Positions 16,997 through 26,129 of a DNA stretch of 64,000 bases are shown here, in pieces. The notes below the pieces were generated by a model, which worked only from the letters and a program-made list of their open reading frames with translations, did not search any database and was not told where the DNA came from. The position numbers and the translations under genes are program-made. This DNA is from Escherichia coli. Its GTDB lineage: Bacteria; Pseudomonadota; Gammaproteobacteria; Enterobacterales; Enterobacteriaceae. Numbering within the stretch: the first letter of the stretch is position 1; every line of letters starts with the position of its first letter. The stretch lies in assembly GCF_041886205.1 (NCBI RefSeq), contig NZ_CP169029.1, one strand, 5' to 3'.

Positions 16997-17914
16997 TCAA
17001 ACAGGAATATTCAAGTAAGCGCAGATTGCATTAGTCAGCAGAGCCGGAGCTACCGCACCCGCAATTTTGAGGCTGCCAGAGTAAGCTTTGCCTATCATAG
17101 CTCCGACCCAGTTACCAATTTCCCCTCCAAGATTATTTGATGATGTGGGGGCTGGGGACTGCTCTATTGCTTGTTTCAACGTCTTAATGTCGCTGTCTTC
17201 AATGCCATATTCTTTTAGTTGACGCTCAAGAGTATTGAAGTCACCAGCTGTTATGGAATTTTGCTGATTAATATCCCCAGTGTTTCCAGCACCAATTGCA
17301 CCAGAGTTGTTAACATTTCCGTTGAAATTATTAATGTTATTTACTGTCATACCTGCCGCCTCTTTCTTTTCTTCGAGAGAAAATAACAACCCTTCACCGA
17401 GTATCCCTTTTCTTTCAAGTAATAAAGCCCAGTCGAGAATCCTTGAGCGAGTATTTGAAAGTATTTTGGTTATCTGTGTGGGGTTAATGCTATATGCCAT
17501 CCGAAAATCGCAGTCGCCCATTTCCTGCAAGAAGTCAGCCAGAAAAGATGGGAGGTCACTATATAGTGTGCTGTCCCGTTTCGCGTACTCAATCAACATT
17601 GATACAGGATTGTTTATGTGAACAGTTGTTAAGGTATCGTAGATATCTTGATGCTTTTCCTGTGTATTACTTAGTTGATATGGAATCCAACCGACATATG
17701 GATTGAACGCTCGAATCGGAACATTTCTGAGAACTCTGTAGTCGGGAAGTAGATCATGTGATGGATAGCCGTTTAATTCATGCTCAAGCCACTCAGATAT
17801 ATCCTTTAGGTCTAGTTTGACTGAGATCATTTTTGCTCGTGCCAATAGCTCCTCAATATCGGTTGAGCTTGAGCTAGCCATTTCTTGTAACTTAAGGACG
17901 GGAGAATTGTTCAT
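16997..17914 (-). CDS. AbiTii-like abortive-infection protein with Asn/Gly-rich linker and glycine-zipper C-terminus, 305 aa
   Basis: The N-terminus 'LKLQEMASSSSTDIEELLARAKMISVKLDLKDISEWLEHELNGYP...PDYR' fits the AbiTii N-terminal pattern as I recall it. The C-terminus 'GGEIGNWVGAMIGKAYSGSLKIAGAVAPALL' contains GxxxGxxxG. The gene is AT-rich and adjacent to the integrase. Confidence 0.6.
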   Translation of the reverse strand: MNNSPVLKLQEMASSSSTDIEELLARAKMISVKLDLKDISEWLEHELNGYPSHDLLPDYRVLRNVPIRAFNPYVGWIPYQLSNTQEKHQDIYDTLTTVHINNPVSMLIEYAKRDSTLYSDLPSFLADFLQEMGDCDFRMAYSINPTQITKILSNTRSRILDWALLLERKGILGEGLLFSLEEKKEAAGMTVNNINNFNGNVNNSGAIGAGNTGDINQQNSITAGDFNTLERQLKEYGIEDSDIKTLKQAIEQSPAPTSSNNLGGEIGNWVGAMIGKAYSGSLKIAGAVAPALLTNAICAYLNIPV

Positions 17915-17934
17915 TGAAGCCCCTCAAAAGTTTT

Positions 17935-19152
17935 TCAGCATGTTATCGCATCATATTTGACTAACTCAACATGTCTCGATAACTCTTGCATCCCAGCTCC
18001 CTTGCTGTATGTCCTGAATGCTTCAGTTTTGGCCTTTTGTTCGGTGTGCCCTGTGATTGCACCTATCCGCTGTTCTGGTACGCCAGCCCTATCTAAGCAG
18101 GTGATGAAGTGACCGCGCAGTGAATGGAAGCATTGGCGATCTGTAGCCGCTGGCAGCACGCGACGGCGTAGCCGTGTGAATGCCTGAGAATACCACGGGC
18201 CGCGCTTACCATCGGCGCGTTTAATCTTGTTTGATTGGGGCAGTAGGTATTCCCCGTTGTTCTGCGAAAGGTATTTATCAACGATGCTAATTAATAGCGA
18301 GTGTATGGGGACGTGCCTTACGCCCGCTTTAGTTTTAGATTTGCTGACGTAGAAGCACCGTATCCCTTCAACTGTGACGATCTCATCTCGTTTGATGCTG
18401 GCGATTTCGTCGAGACGCATACCGGAATACAAGCCGATTATGATTACGTCGCGCACCTCGCCACCTGCCTCTTTTATTAATGCCTGTAGTTGGTGAGGCT
18501 CAAACGGCTGGTAACTTTCAATGGTGCGGCGGGCTTCCAGATTGTGGCCGTGGAACGGGTTGCTGTCCGGTATCTGATCGTAACGTCTCTTGGCGAACTC
18601 ATAAAGACTGCCCAAGGAGGTTAACCAGTTTTGCACAGTCTGCGGAGCTGCATCACTTTGCTGCTGGGTATCAACGAACTCTGAAACGAGCCGCCGCCCA
18701 ACTTTATCTAAGGTGATATCTGTCTTCTTGATGCTTTGGAGAAATACCTCTACCGCTCTGGCCGACTTGCTCAATGTAGAGAATGTTCGGCGCTCGCTAT
18801 ACACCGCCATGTACTCATCACGGATAGCGGACAGCTTGGGAATCATTGTTGAAACATGTGTAGTTTCGGGTGATTTATTGCTGGCCTGTTTTAATAAAAT
18901 TTGCAGGGAGCTAAGCGTGTTCTGGATTCTAATATCTTCGCGCTCAGGATTTAGTAATGTCTTGATGTTATTGAACTCAATCAGCATGTGGTTGCGAAAA
19001 TGCCGAGCCTTTACGATGTCCCTAGTTCCCGTGGATTTGCGCCAAGCCCGTTTATTGCCAAACAGATGGCGCATGTATTTTGGGACAAAGATTTGAAATA
19101 TCCAGACGCCGTTATGGCTTTGAAAAAGATACTGATTGTGCTTGATAGGCAT
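17935..19152 (-). CDS. int: tyrosine recombinase / phage-type integrase, 405 aa
   Basis: The catalytic tetrad context is present: 'GMRLDEI' (Arg), 'HSLRGHF' (His-x-x-Arg), 'ITGHTE' (His) and 'FRTYSKG' (Tyr). It lies 87 bp from attR. Confidence 0.9.
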   Translation of the reverse strand: MPIKHNQYLFQSHNGVWIFQIFVPKYMRHLFGNKRAWRKSTGTRDIVKARHFRNHMLIEFNNIKTLLNPEREDIRIQNTLSSLQILLKQASNKSPETTHVSTMIPKLSAIRDEYMAVYSERRTFSTLSKSARAVEVFLQSIKKTDITLDKVGRRLVSEFVDTQQQSDAAPQTVQNWLTSLGSLYEFAKRRYDQIPDSNPFHGHNLEARRTIESYQPFEPHQLQALIKEAGGEVRDVIIIGLYSGMRLDEIASIKRDEIVTVEGIRCFYVSKSKTKAGVRHVPIHSLLISIVDKYLSQNNGEYLLPQSNKIKRADGKRGPWYSQAFTRLRRRVLPAATDRQCFHSLRGHFITCLDRAGVPEQRIGAITGHTEQKAKTEAFRTYSKGAGMQELSRHVELVKYDAITC

Positions 19153-19238
19153 AGCTTTTTGTCCTATAAAAGCACGCTATCAGGTACAGCCATTTGTACA
19201 ATGTTGGGATGGGTAAGCAAGTTTCCGACTTGTTTTAA

Positions 19239-19268
19239 ACGAGGGTTCGATTCCCTTCGCCCGCTCCA
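19239..19268 (+). repeat. attR: duplicated 30-bp tRNA-Gly 3' end
   Basis: Identical to 6076-6105. Confidence 0.9.
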
Positions 19269-19505
19269 ATCAATTTATCTTCACCTCATCAACCTGCCAT
19301 TTTTGTTGTATCCGATTTTCTATATTATCTTAATTCAATCGCTTCAGACTTTTCGCAATCGCCGTAATACTTCCCCATTTTGTTGTAAATAAAAAGCATT
19401 TACGCAATGCAATCCTTTTGTAACAACCCAGGTAAAACACCTTATTTTCAAGTTGTTAAATAAGTGGTTATCTACGCTTTTAACAAACGATTGATGGAAT
19501 ATTTT

Positions 19506-21116
19506 ATGAAAGGGAAATCTGCATTAACTCTTCTGCTCGCTGGTATATTTTCGTGCGGCACATGCCAGGCGACAGGGGCAGAAGTGACGAGTGAATCTGT
19601 ATTTAACATTCTTAATTCCACGGGGGCAGCAACAGATAAAAGTTATTTATCGTTAAATCCAGATAAGTATCCTAATTATCGTCTTTTGATTCACTCAGCC
19701 AAATTACAAAATGAAATAAAGAGCCACTATACCAAAGACGAAATTCAAGGATTGCTAACATTAACAGAAAACACACGAAAGTTAACGTTGACGGAGAAAC
19801 CCTGGGGAACGTTTATTCTTGCTTCTACTTTCGAAGATGACAAAACAGCGGCAGAAACCCACTATGATGCTGTCTGGTTGAGGGATAGTTTATGGGGCTA
19901 TATGGCATTAGTATCAGATCAGGGAAATAGTGTAGCCGCAAAAAAGGTTCTGCTCACCCTGTGGGATTATATGTCTACGCCCGACCAGATTAAGCGGATG
20001 CAGGACGTCATTAGCAACCCAAAACGACTGGATGGAATTCCCGTGCAAATGAATGCTGTGCATATCCGATTTGACAGCAACTCCCCCGTGATGGCAGATG
20101 TGCAGGAAGAAGGCAAGCCGCAGCTGTGGAACCATAAACAAAATGATGCTTTAGGTCTTTACCTTGATCTCCTTATACAAGCAATCAACACTGGTACTAT
20201 TAACGCTGAAGATTGGGAAAAAGGTGACCGATTAAAGTCGGTTGCGCTGCTGATTGCTTATCTGGATAAAGCCAATTTCTATGTTATGGAAGATTCCGGA
20301 GCATGGGAAGAAGATGCCCGATTAAACACATCTTCCGTTGCTCTGGTGACCTCTGGACTGGAACGTTTGTCAAACCTACTCTCGAAGAAAGACTCTGTTT
20401 TTGTCTCTGATTTACTACGCGAAGCTAAAGTCAATGAACTGGATGAAACTCTTTCAACAACGAGGTTGAACCACCTCATAGATAAAGGTTATGAAAGAAT
20501 AACGTTACAGCTTGATTTAGGGGGAGAATCCCCAGGTTATCTGGAAAAAGATAAACATTACAGAGAAGCCGATGCGGCTTTACTTAATGTTATTTATCCT
20601 GCAAATCTTTCAAAGATAAACACCAGAAGAAAAGAGTAAGTTCTAAAAATAGTTAAAAAACTAGCAGGTCCGTATGGTATAAAAAGATACGAGAAGGATA
20701 ATTATCAGTCGGCAAATTTTTGGTTCAATGATATTAAAACCGATACCGATCAAAATTCGCATACAAAAAGAGAAAAGAGCTTCATTCCATCAACAGAAGC
20801 AGAATGGTTTTTTGACTCATGGTATGCAAAATCAGCAGCAATTGTTTATAAAGAATCAAGAAAAGAAGAGTATTTGAATGACTCAGTGCAATTTATGAAT
20901 AGATCATTGGCCCAAATAACAGGCGAGAATATGATTGGTGCAAATGGCAGGAGCGTACCAGAAATGGCACTTCCCGAAAGCTATAACTATATCCACAAGT
21001 CGGGAACTTTGCATGAAGCGCCAAGCCCTATCATTCCGCTAAATTGGTCGAAAGCTTCAATGACTCTCATGTTGAAAGAGATGTCCAATCTTATCAATGA
21101 TGAGGGAATTAAATAG
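19506..21116 (+). pseudogene. ygeQ: glycoside hydrolase family 15-like lipoprotein gene interrupted by one in-frame TAA (20637-20639)
   Basis: ORFs 19464-20639 and 20874-21116 share a frame, and no other stop lies between them. Signal/lipobox 'LLLAGIFSCG' and the GH15-type 'AVWLRDS' motif are present. Confidence 0.7.
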
Positions 21117-21128
21117 TTTTCATAATGA

Positions 21129-21248
21129 GTTACAGCACAACGTTGGGTATTGACTGAGCAAGATGAACGACAAGGACAACGACATCAGCCTTATGAGGAG
21201 CAAGAAAATGAAAGCAAATTCGAAAACGATCAGAAGGATGAAAGTTAA
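21129..21248 (+). pseudogene. 39-codon 3' remnant of the gene preceding epaO (probably eivJ, the SpaN/InvJ homologue)
   Basis: An open frame '...EQDERQGQRHQPYEEQENESKFENDQKDES*' whose TAA overlaps the epaO ATG (tAAtg). It has no start codon or 5' part. Confidence 0.4.
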
Positions 21249-22194
21249 TGTTCGGTCTGAGGAAAGTAAATCGAAACACTCATACGTTTGAAACCACTTT
21301 TCAAAATTGGAAAGAAAATGGCGAAGATGTTGCATTATTAATGCCCGAATTTAGTGCTAAATGGCTACCGATAGCAGAAGAGAGTGGCAGCTGGTCTGGA
21401 TGGGTATTGCTTGGAGAAATATTTCCCTTAATTTCATCTGAGCTCGCTGGGATGGCTTTAATGCCAGAAACGGAAAGGTTAATAGGGGAATGGCTCAGTT
21501 TATCCAGTTCCCCGTTAAATCTAAAGCATCCTGAACTAAAATATAATCGTTTGCGCGTAGGTAAAGTATTTGATGGAGTATTGAGCCCTGCTCAACCACT
21601 AATAAGAATATGGACAGGGGAATTGAATCTTTGGTTAGATAAAGTCACAGTCTGCCAATACGGAAACGCTCCAGCGTTAGACAAAAAATCGTTATATTGC
21701 TCCATTCATTTTGTAATTGGATTTAGTAAAACATGTTACAGAAGTCTTGTTGATATTGAAGTTGGTGATGTTTTATTAATCTCAAATAATTTGGCTTATG
21801 CGGTTATTTATAATACAAAAATTTTTGATTTAATTTATCCAGAGGAGTTAAAAATGGCTGATCATTTTGAGTACGAGGAAGATTTTGAAACAGATGATTT
21901 TGATATCAAAAAAAACGAGAGTGAGATTTATGATGAAAATGACGATCAGATGATTAATAGTTTTGAAGACTTGCCTGTAAAAATTGAGTTTGTTCTTGGT
22001 AAGAAAATAATGAATCTATATGAAATAGACGAACTCTGTGCAAAAAGAATAATATCTCTGCTTTCTGAATCTGAGAAAAATATAGAAATACGTGTAATGG
22101 CGCGCTAACTGGCTATGGAGAACTTGTTGAAGTGGATGATAAATTGGGCGTAGAGATTCATTCTTGGTTATCAGGGCATAATAATGTCAAATAG
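21248..22194 (+). pseudogene. epaO: T3SS sorting-platform/C-ring protein (SpaO/YscQ family), 1-bp frameshift about 32 codons before the natural end
   Basis: It is collinear with Salmonella SpaO. The ORF ends '...NIEIRVMAR*', and the adjacent frame continues 'NGALTGYGELVEVDDKLGVEIHSWLSGHNNVK*' (the SpoA domain), overlapping the epaP start. Confidence 0.75.
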
Positions 22195-22849
22195 CATTTC
22201 GCTGATAGCTATACTATCATTATTTACACTATTGCCGTTTATAATAGCATCCGGGACATATTTTATTAAATTCTCGATTGTTTTTGTTATTGTCCGAAAC
22301 GCGCTGGGGCTTCAGCAAGTGCCATCAAATATGACACTTAATGGGGTTGCTTTGCTATTGTCAATGTTTGTAATGATGCCGGTTGGGAAGGAAATATATT
22401 ATAACAGTCAGAATGAGAATCTTTCATTCAATAATGTAGCGTCGGTTGTTAATTTTGTTGAGACAGGCATGAGTGGTTATAAATCATATTTGATAAAATA
22501 TTCCGAACCGGAGTTGGTTAACTTTTTTGAAAAGATTCAGAAGGTGAATAGCTCTGAAGACAATGAAGAGATATTCGATGATGATAATATTTCAATTTTC
22601 TCGTTACTCCCGGCATATGCGTTGAGTGAGATAAAAAGTGCATTTATTATAGGTTTTTATATCTATTTACCCTTTGTTGTAGTGGATCTGGTTATATCCA
22701 GCGTTCTGTTAACGTTAGGTATGATGATGATGAGTCCGGTAACCATATCTACACCGATAAAATTAATTTTGTTTGTCGCGATGGACGGTTGGACAATGTT
22801 ATCAAAAGGACTCATTTTACAATATTTTGACCTATCCATTAATCCCTGA
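22184..22849 (+). CDS. epaP: T3SS export apparatus protein SpaP/FliP family
   Basis: 221 aa, polytopic. 'ALGLQQVPSN' and 'AFIIGFYIYLPFVVVDLV' are typical FliP/SpaP motifs. Confidence 0.9.
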   Translation: MSNSISLIAILSLFTLLPFIIASGTYFIKFSIVFVIVRNALGLQQVPSNMTLNGVALLLSMFVMMPVGKEIYYNSQNENLSFNNVASVVNFVETGMSGYKSYLIKYSEPELVNFFEKIQKVNSSEDNEEIFDDDNISIFSLLPAYALSEIKSAFIIGFYIYLPFVVVDLVISSVLLTLGMMMMSPVTISTPIKLILFVAMDGWTMLSKGLILQYFDLSINP

Positions 22850-22858
22850 GAAAAAAAT

Positions 22859-23119
22859 ATGGACGATATTGTTTTTGCGGGGAATAGGGCGCTGTATCTG
22901 ATTTTAGTTATGTCTGCAGGACCTATTGCAGTTGCGACATTTGTTGGTTTATTGGTAGGGCTTTTTCAAACGGTAACACAGTTACAAGAACAGACGTTGC
23001 CATTTGGCGTCAAATTATTATGCGTAAGTATTTGCTTTTTTTTAATGAGCGGATGGTATGGTGAAAAATTATATTCGTTTGGTATCGAAATGCTGAATTT
23101 AGCATTCGCGAGAGGATAG
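22859..23119 (+). CDS. epaQ: T3SS export apparatus protein SpaQ/FliQ family
   Basis: 86 aa, two TM segments, located between the P and R genes. Confidence 0.88.
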   Translation: MDDIVFAGNRALYLILVMSAGPIAVATFVGLLVGLFQTVTQLQEQTLPFGVKLLCVSICFFLMSGWYGEKLYSFGIEMLNLAFARG

Positions 23120-23120
23120 G

Positions 23121-23888
23121 ATGGGGGAGGCGATACTCTATCAGTTGCATAGTCTGCTGGCTGCTACAGCGCTCGGTTTTTGCCGATTGGCACCAACTTT
23201 CTATTTGTTACCATTTTTCGCCAGTGGGAATATACCAACAGTAGTCCGTCATCCAATAATAATAGTGGTATCATGTGCATTAGTTCAGCATTACCACTAT
23301 GAATTATCGACCTTAAATGAAATCGATATCGCTTTGTTTGCTGCCAGAGAAATTATCATAGGGCTGTTCATTGCTTGCTTATTATCATCCCCGTTTTGGA
23401 TTTTCCTTGCTATAGGTAGTTTTATCGATAACCAACGTGGTGCAACGTTAAGTAGTACTTTGGATCCTGCTACAGGTGTCGATACTTCGGAATTAGCAAG
23501 ATTATTTAACCTATTCTCTGCAGCGGTTTATCTTACTAACGGTGGATTGAACTTTATTCTGGAAACTCTTTGGCAAAGTTATAATTTATGGCCTTCAGGC
23601 AATTTTAATTTTCCTAAATTAGAGCCTTTATTCTCATATATTAATAACATAATGACTCATACTATCGTTTACGCAAGTCCCGTGATTGCCGTTATGCTGG
23701 GCGGTGAGGCTGTCCTGGGATTGCTGGCACGTTATGCTTCACAACTAAATGCTTTTGCCATTTCACTGACTGTCAAAAGTGCGCTGGCATTTTTAATATT
23801 AATTATTTATTTTGGCCCAATACTGGCTGAACGAGTAATGCCGTTATCCTTTTTCCCAGAACAATTGCAACTATACATTGAGAAATAG
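23121..23888 (+). CDS. epaR: T3SS export apparatus protein SpaR/FliR family
   Basis: 255 aa, polytopic, located in the conserved P-Q-R-S order. Confidence 0.88.
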   Translation: MGEAILYQLHSLLAATALGFCRLAPTFYLLPFFASGNIPTVVRHPIIIVVSCALVQHYHYELSTLNEIDIALFAAREIIIGLFIACLLSSPFWIFLAIGSFIDNQRGATLSSTLDPATGVDTSELARLFNLFSAAVYLTNGGLNFILETLWQSYNLWPSGNFNFPKLEPLFSYINNIMTHTIVYASPVIAVMLGGEAVLGLLARYASQLNAFAISLTVKSALAFLILIIYFGPILAERVMPLSFFPEQLQLYIEK

Positions 23889-23896
23889 AGTGTTTC

Positions 23897-25016
23897 ATGG
23901 CCAATAAAACTGAAAAGCCAACACAAAGAAACTCCAGGATGCTTCTAAAAAAGGGCAAATTCTAAAAAGTAGAGACTTAACCATCTCTGTAATAATGCTT
24001 GTGGGTACTTTATATCTCGGATATGTTTTTGATGTGCATCACATTATGTCGATTCTTGAATACATCCTTGATCATAACGCTAAACCAGATATTTGGGACT
24101 ATTTTAAAGCTATGGGGGTTGGTTGGTTGAAAACGATCATTCCTTTTTTGCTGGTTTGCATGTTCACAACAATACTTGTCTCCTGGTTTCAAAGTAAAAT
24201 GCAATTAGCAACTGAAGCTGTTAAATTTAAGTTTGATTCATTGAATCCAGTAAATGGCTTAAAGCGTATATTTGGCTTAAAAACCGTAAAAGAATTTGTT
24301 AAAGCAATTCTTTATATTATTTTTTTTGCATTGGCGAACAAAGTATTTTGGAGTAATCATAAATCACTGCTTTTTAAAACTCTTGATGGAGATATCATAT
24401 CTTTATTATCAGATTGGGGAGAGATGCTATTCCTTCTTATACTGTATTGTCTCGGCAGTATGATAATTGTCTTAATTTTTGATTTTATCGCTGAATATTT
24501 TTTATTTATGAAAGATATGAAAATGGATAAACAAGAAGTTAAAAGAGAACACAAGGAGCAAGAAGGAAATCCAGAAATTAAGTCTAAACGCAGAGAGCGC
24601 ATCAGGAAATTCTTTCTGAGCAATTGAAGTCTGATGTCAGTAATAGTCGTTTGATGATTGCCAACCCTACTCACATTGCAATAGGGATATACTTTAAGCC
24701 ACATCTTTCACCTATTCCATTGATTTCTGTAAGAGAAACTAATGAGGTAGCCTTAGCCGTAAGGAAATATGCAAAGGAAATCGGAATACCAATTATCACA
24801 GATAAAAAATTAGCACGAAAAATTTATGCTACCCATCGTCGCTACGATTATGTTAGCTTCGAAAATATAGATGAAATATTACGTCTTCTGCTGTGGCTTG
24901 AAGATGTAGAGAATGCTGGACAACCTGTTCCAGATGAACAGCTCTCTTCAGAAGATAAATTCATTGAAGGTGAAGAGAAAGAAATCGAGAATAAAGACGA
25001 TAATTTAAAAAATTAA
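23897..25016 (+). pseudogene. epaS: T3SS substrate-specificity switch protein SpaS/FlhB family, two 1-bp frameshifts
   Basis: The three frame segments read collinearly with SpaS: 'MANKTEKPTQ|KKLQDASKKGQ...KSKRRE|AHQEILSEQLKSD..ANPTHIAIGIYF'. The shifts lie near 23925-23927 and near 24597. Confidence 0.8.
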
Positions 25017-25095
25017 ACATCTGTCGTAGTCAGAAATTTATAAGAATCTACACGCAAAAACCGTGTAGATTCATTATTTAATGAGTTAAACGATC

Positions 25096-25371
25096 TTATG
25101 AAATGACAAGCAATTGATACATACTCATCTCTTTATAAGCTGGAACTGTAGTAACCTGTGCAAATTCGCGATATAGCTTTTGCTCCAGTTCTGCTGAAGA
25201 TATATATTCCGGGTGTTCGCTAAAGAACTGTCTTGCATCTACTATCGCTTGGGATTCGCCACTTCTTTTATTTTGATTCTTCTTTAATGAATTTTCTCTG
25301 GTGCATGCAGAGAGCAACGATATCAGCGCGATGGTTATTATGATTTTACTATTATATCCTACTAATGACAT
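25096..25371 (-). CDS. small putative lipoprotein, 91 aa
   Basis: Signal peptide with lipobox 'LLSAC'. It starts 1 nt after the etrA stop. Confidence 0.55.
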   Translation of the reverse strand: MSLVGYNSKIIITIALISLLSACTRENSLKKNQNKRSGESQAIVDARQFFSEHPEYISSAELEQKLYREFAQVTTVPAYKEMSMYQLLVIS

Positions 25372-25372
25372 A

Positions 25373-25873
25373 TCAACTTTCTCTTACGCAAGATTGGAGT
25401 TTAAAATAATGTTTATCCCATTCACAGAGTGCTATAAACAACTCAACAGTACCTTTTATGTTAAGTTTATTTAGGGCTCTTATTTTGTGATATGATACTG
25501 TTTTATAATCAATTCCTTTAATAATGGCTATTTGTTTTAACGAGTAAGAAACACATAACCGCAGGATATCTATATCATCATGGGTAAGTGGTTCTTGTGT
25601 GGGATACACATTTTGTGTATGAAGATTCGAAATCAGGAAATGCGTTAAATCAGATAATCTAATATTCTTATTGATCCTGATGAAATTGTTGCTTAAAAGG
25701 ATGTTTACAGGTTCTGTATTTGGTTTGAGATTTCGATGTTGATACTCATCAATAACAACGAACGAATGCCCAAGATCAACCAACGCAACTAAATCGCTGT
25801 AATATTCTTTTTGGGATGCTAATAATGCATTAGTGCCTACAGTGAAGTAGACATCACTGGAAAAGACTTGCAT
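25373..25873 (-). CDS. etrA: LuxR-type HTH transcriptional regulator of ETT2
   Basis: 166 aa with a C-terminal LuxR/GerE HTH 'LKQIAIIKGIDYKTVSYHKIRALNKL'. Its position between the epa and epr operons matches the O157 ETT2 layout as I recall it. Confidence 0.7.
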   Translation of the reverse strand: MQVFSSDVYFTVGTNALLASQKEYYSDLVALVDLGHSFVVIDEYQHRNLKPNTEPVNILLSNNFIRINKNIRLSDLTHFLISNLHTQNVYPTQEPLTHDDIDILRLCVSYSLKQIAIIKGIDYKTVSYHKIRALNKLNIKGTVELFIALCEWDKHYFKLQSCVRES

Positions 25874-26129
25874 ATGCCAACCTGTACTCTAAAATCATTT
25901 AGGGTAAATATTACGTGTAAAAGTTAAAATAAGAGTAATTGTTATATTTGCTTAACATTGAGGGAATAGGGTTTATACCTTAAATTGTAAATAAAGTTAT
26001 GCATAGAGGCATTTAAAATAGTCCTCGAAATTATAATTTTTTATTCTGTATCATCATATTTTGGTCATGAAATTTCCGTCTTGTTACACTACTCTAAACT
26101 AGAGCTTATGGAATTAGCGGGGGGTATTC

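Larger units (their letters stand above)
6106..19268. mobile_element. ~13.2 kb tRNA-Gly-associated integrative island (integrase, serine recombinase, helicase, phage-like operon, defence-like cargo)
   Basis: The island is bounded by the 30-bp direct repeat. A tyrosine integrase lies at the right end. In K-12 the ETT2 remnant (ygeQ) follows glyU directly, as I recall. Confidence 0.85.

Noticed and set aside
6106-19268. Whether the island is a P4-like satellite or a classical PICI.
   Set aside because: I could not recognise homologues of P4 alpha primase-helicase, psu, delta, sid or cnr. I also found no AlpA or a PICI-type pri-rep and terS layout. The helicase is RecQ-like, and the morphogenesis-like genes resemble T7-group rather than P2 or lambdoid proteins.
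21120-21335. The 71-aa minus-strand ORF across the ygeQ-epaO junction.
   Set aside because: It overlaps the epaO start and the eivJ remnant on the opposite strand, and it is a low-complexity hydrophobic translation of AT-rich DNA.
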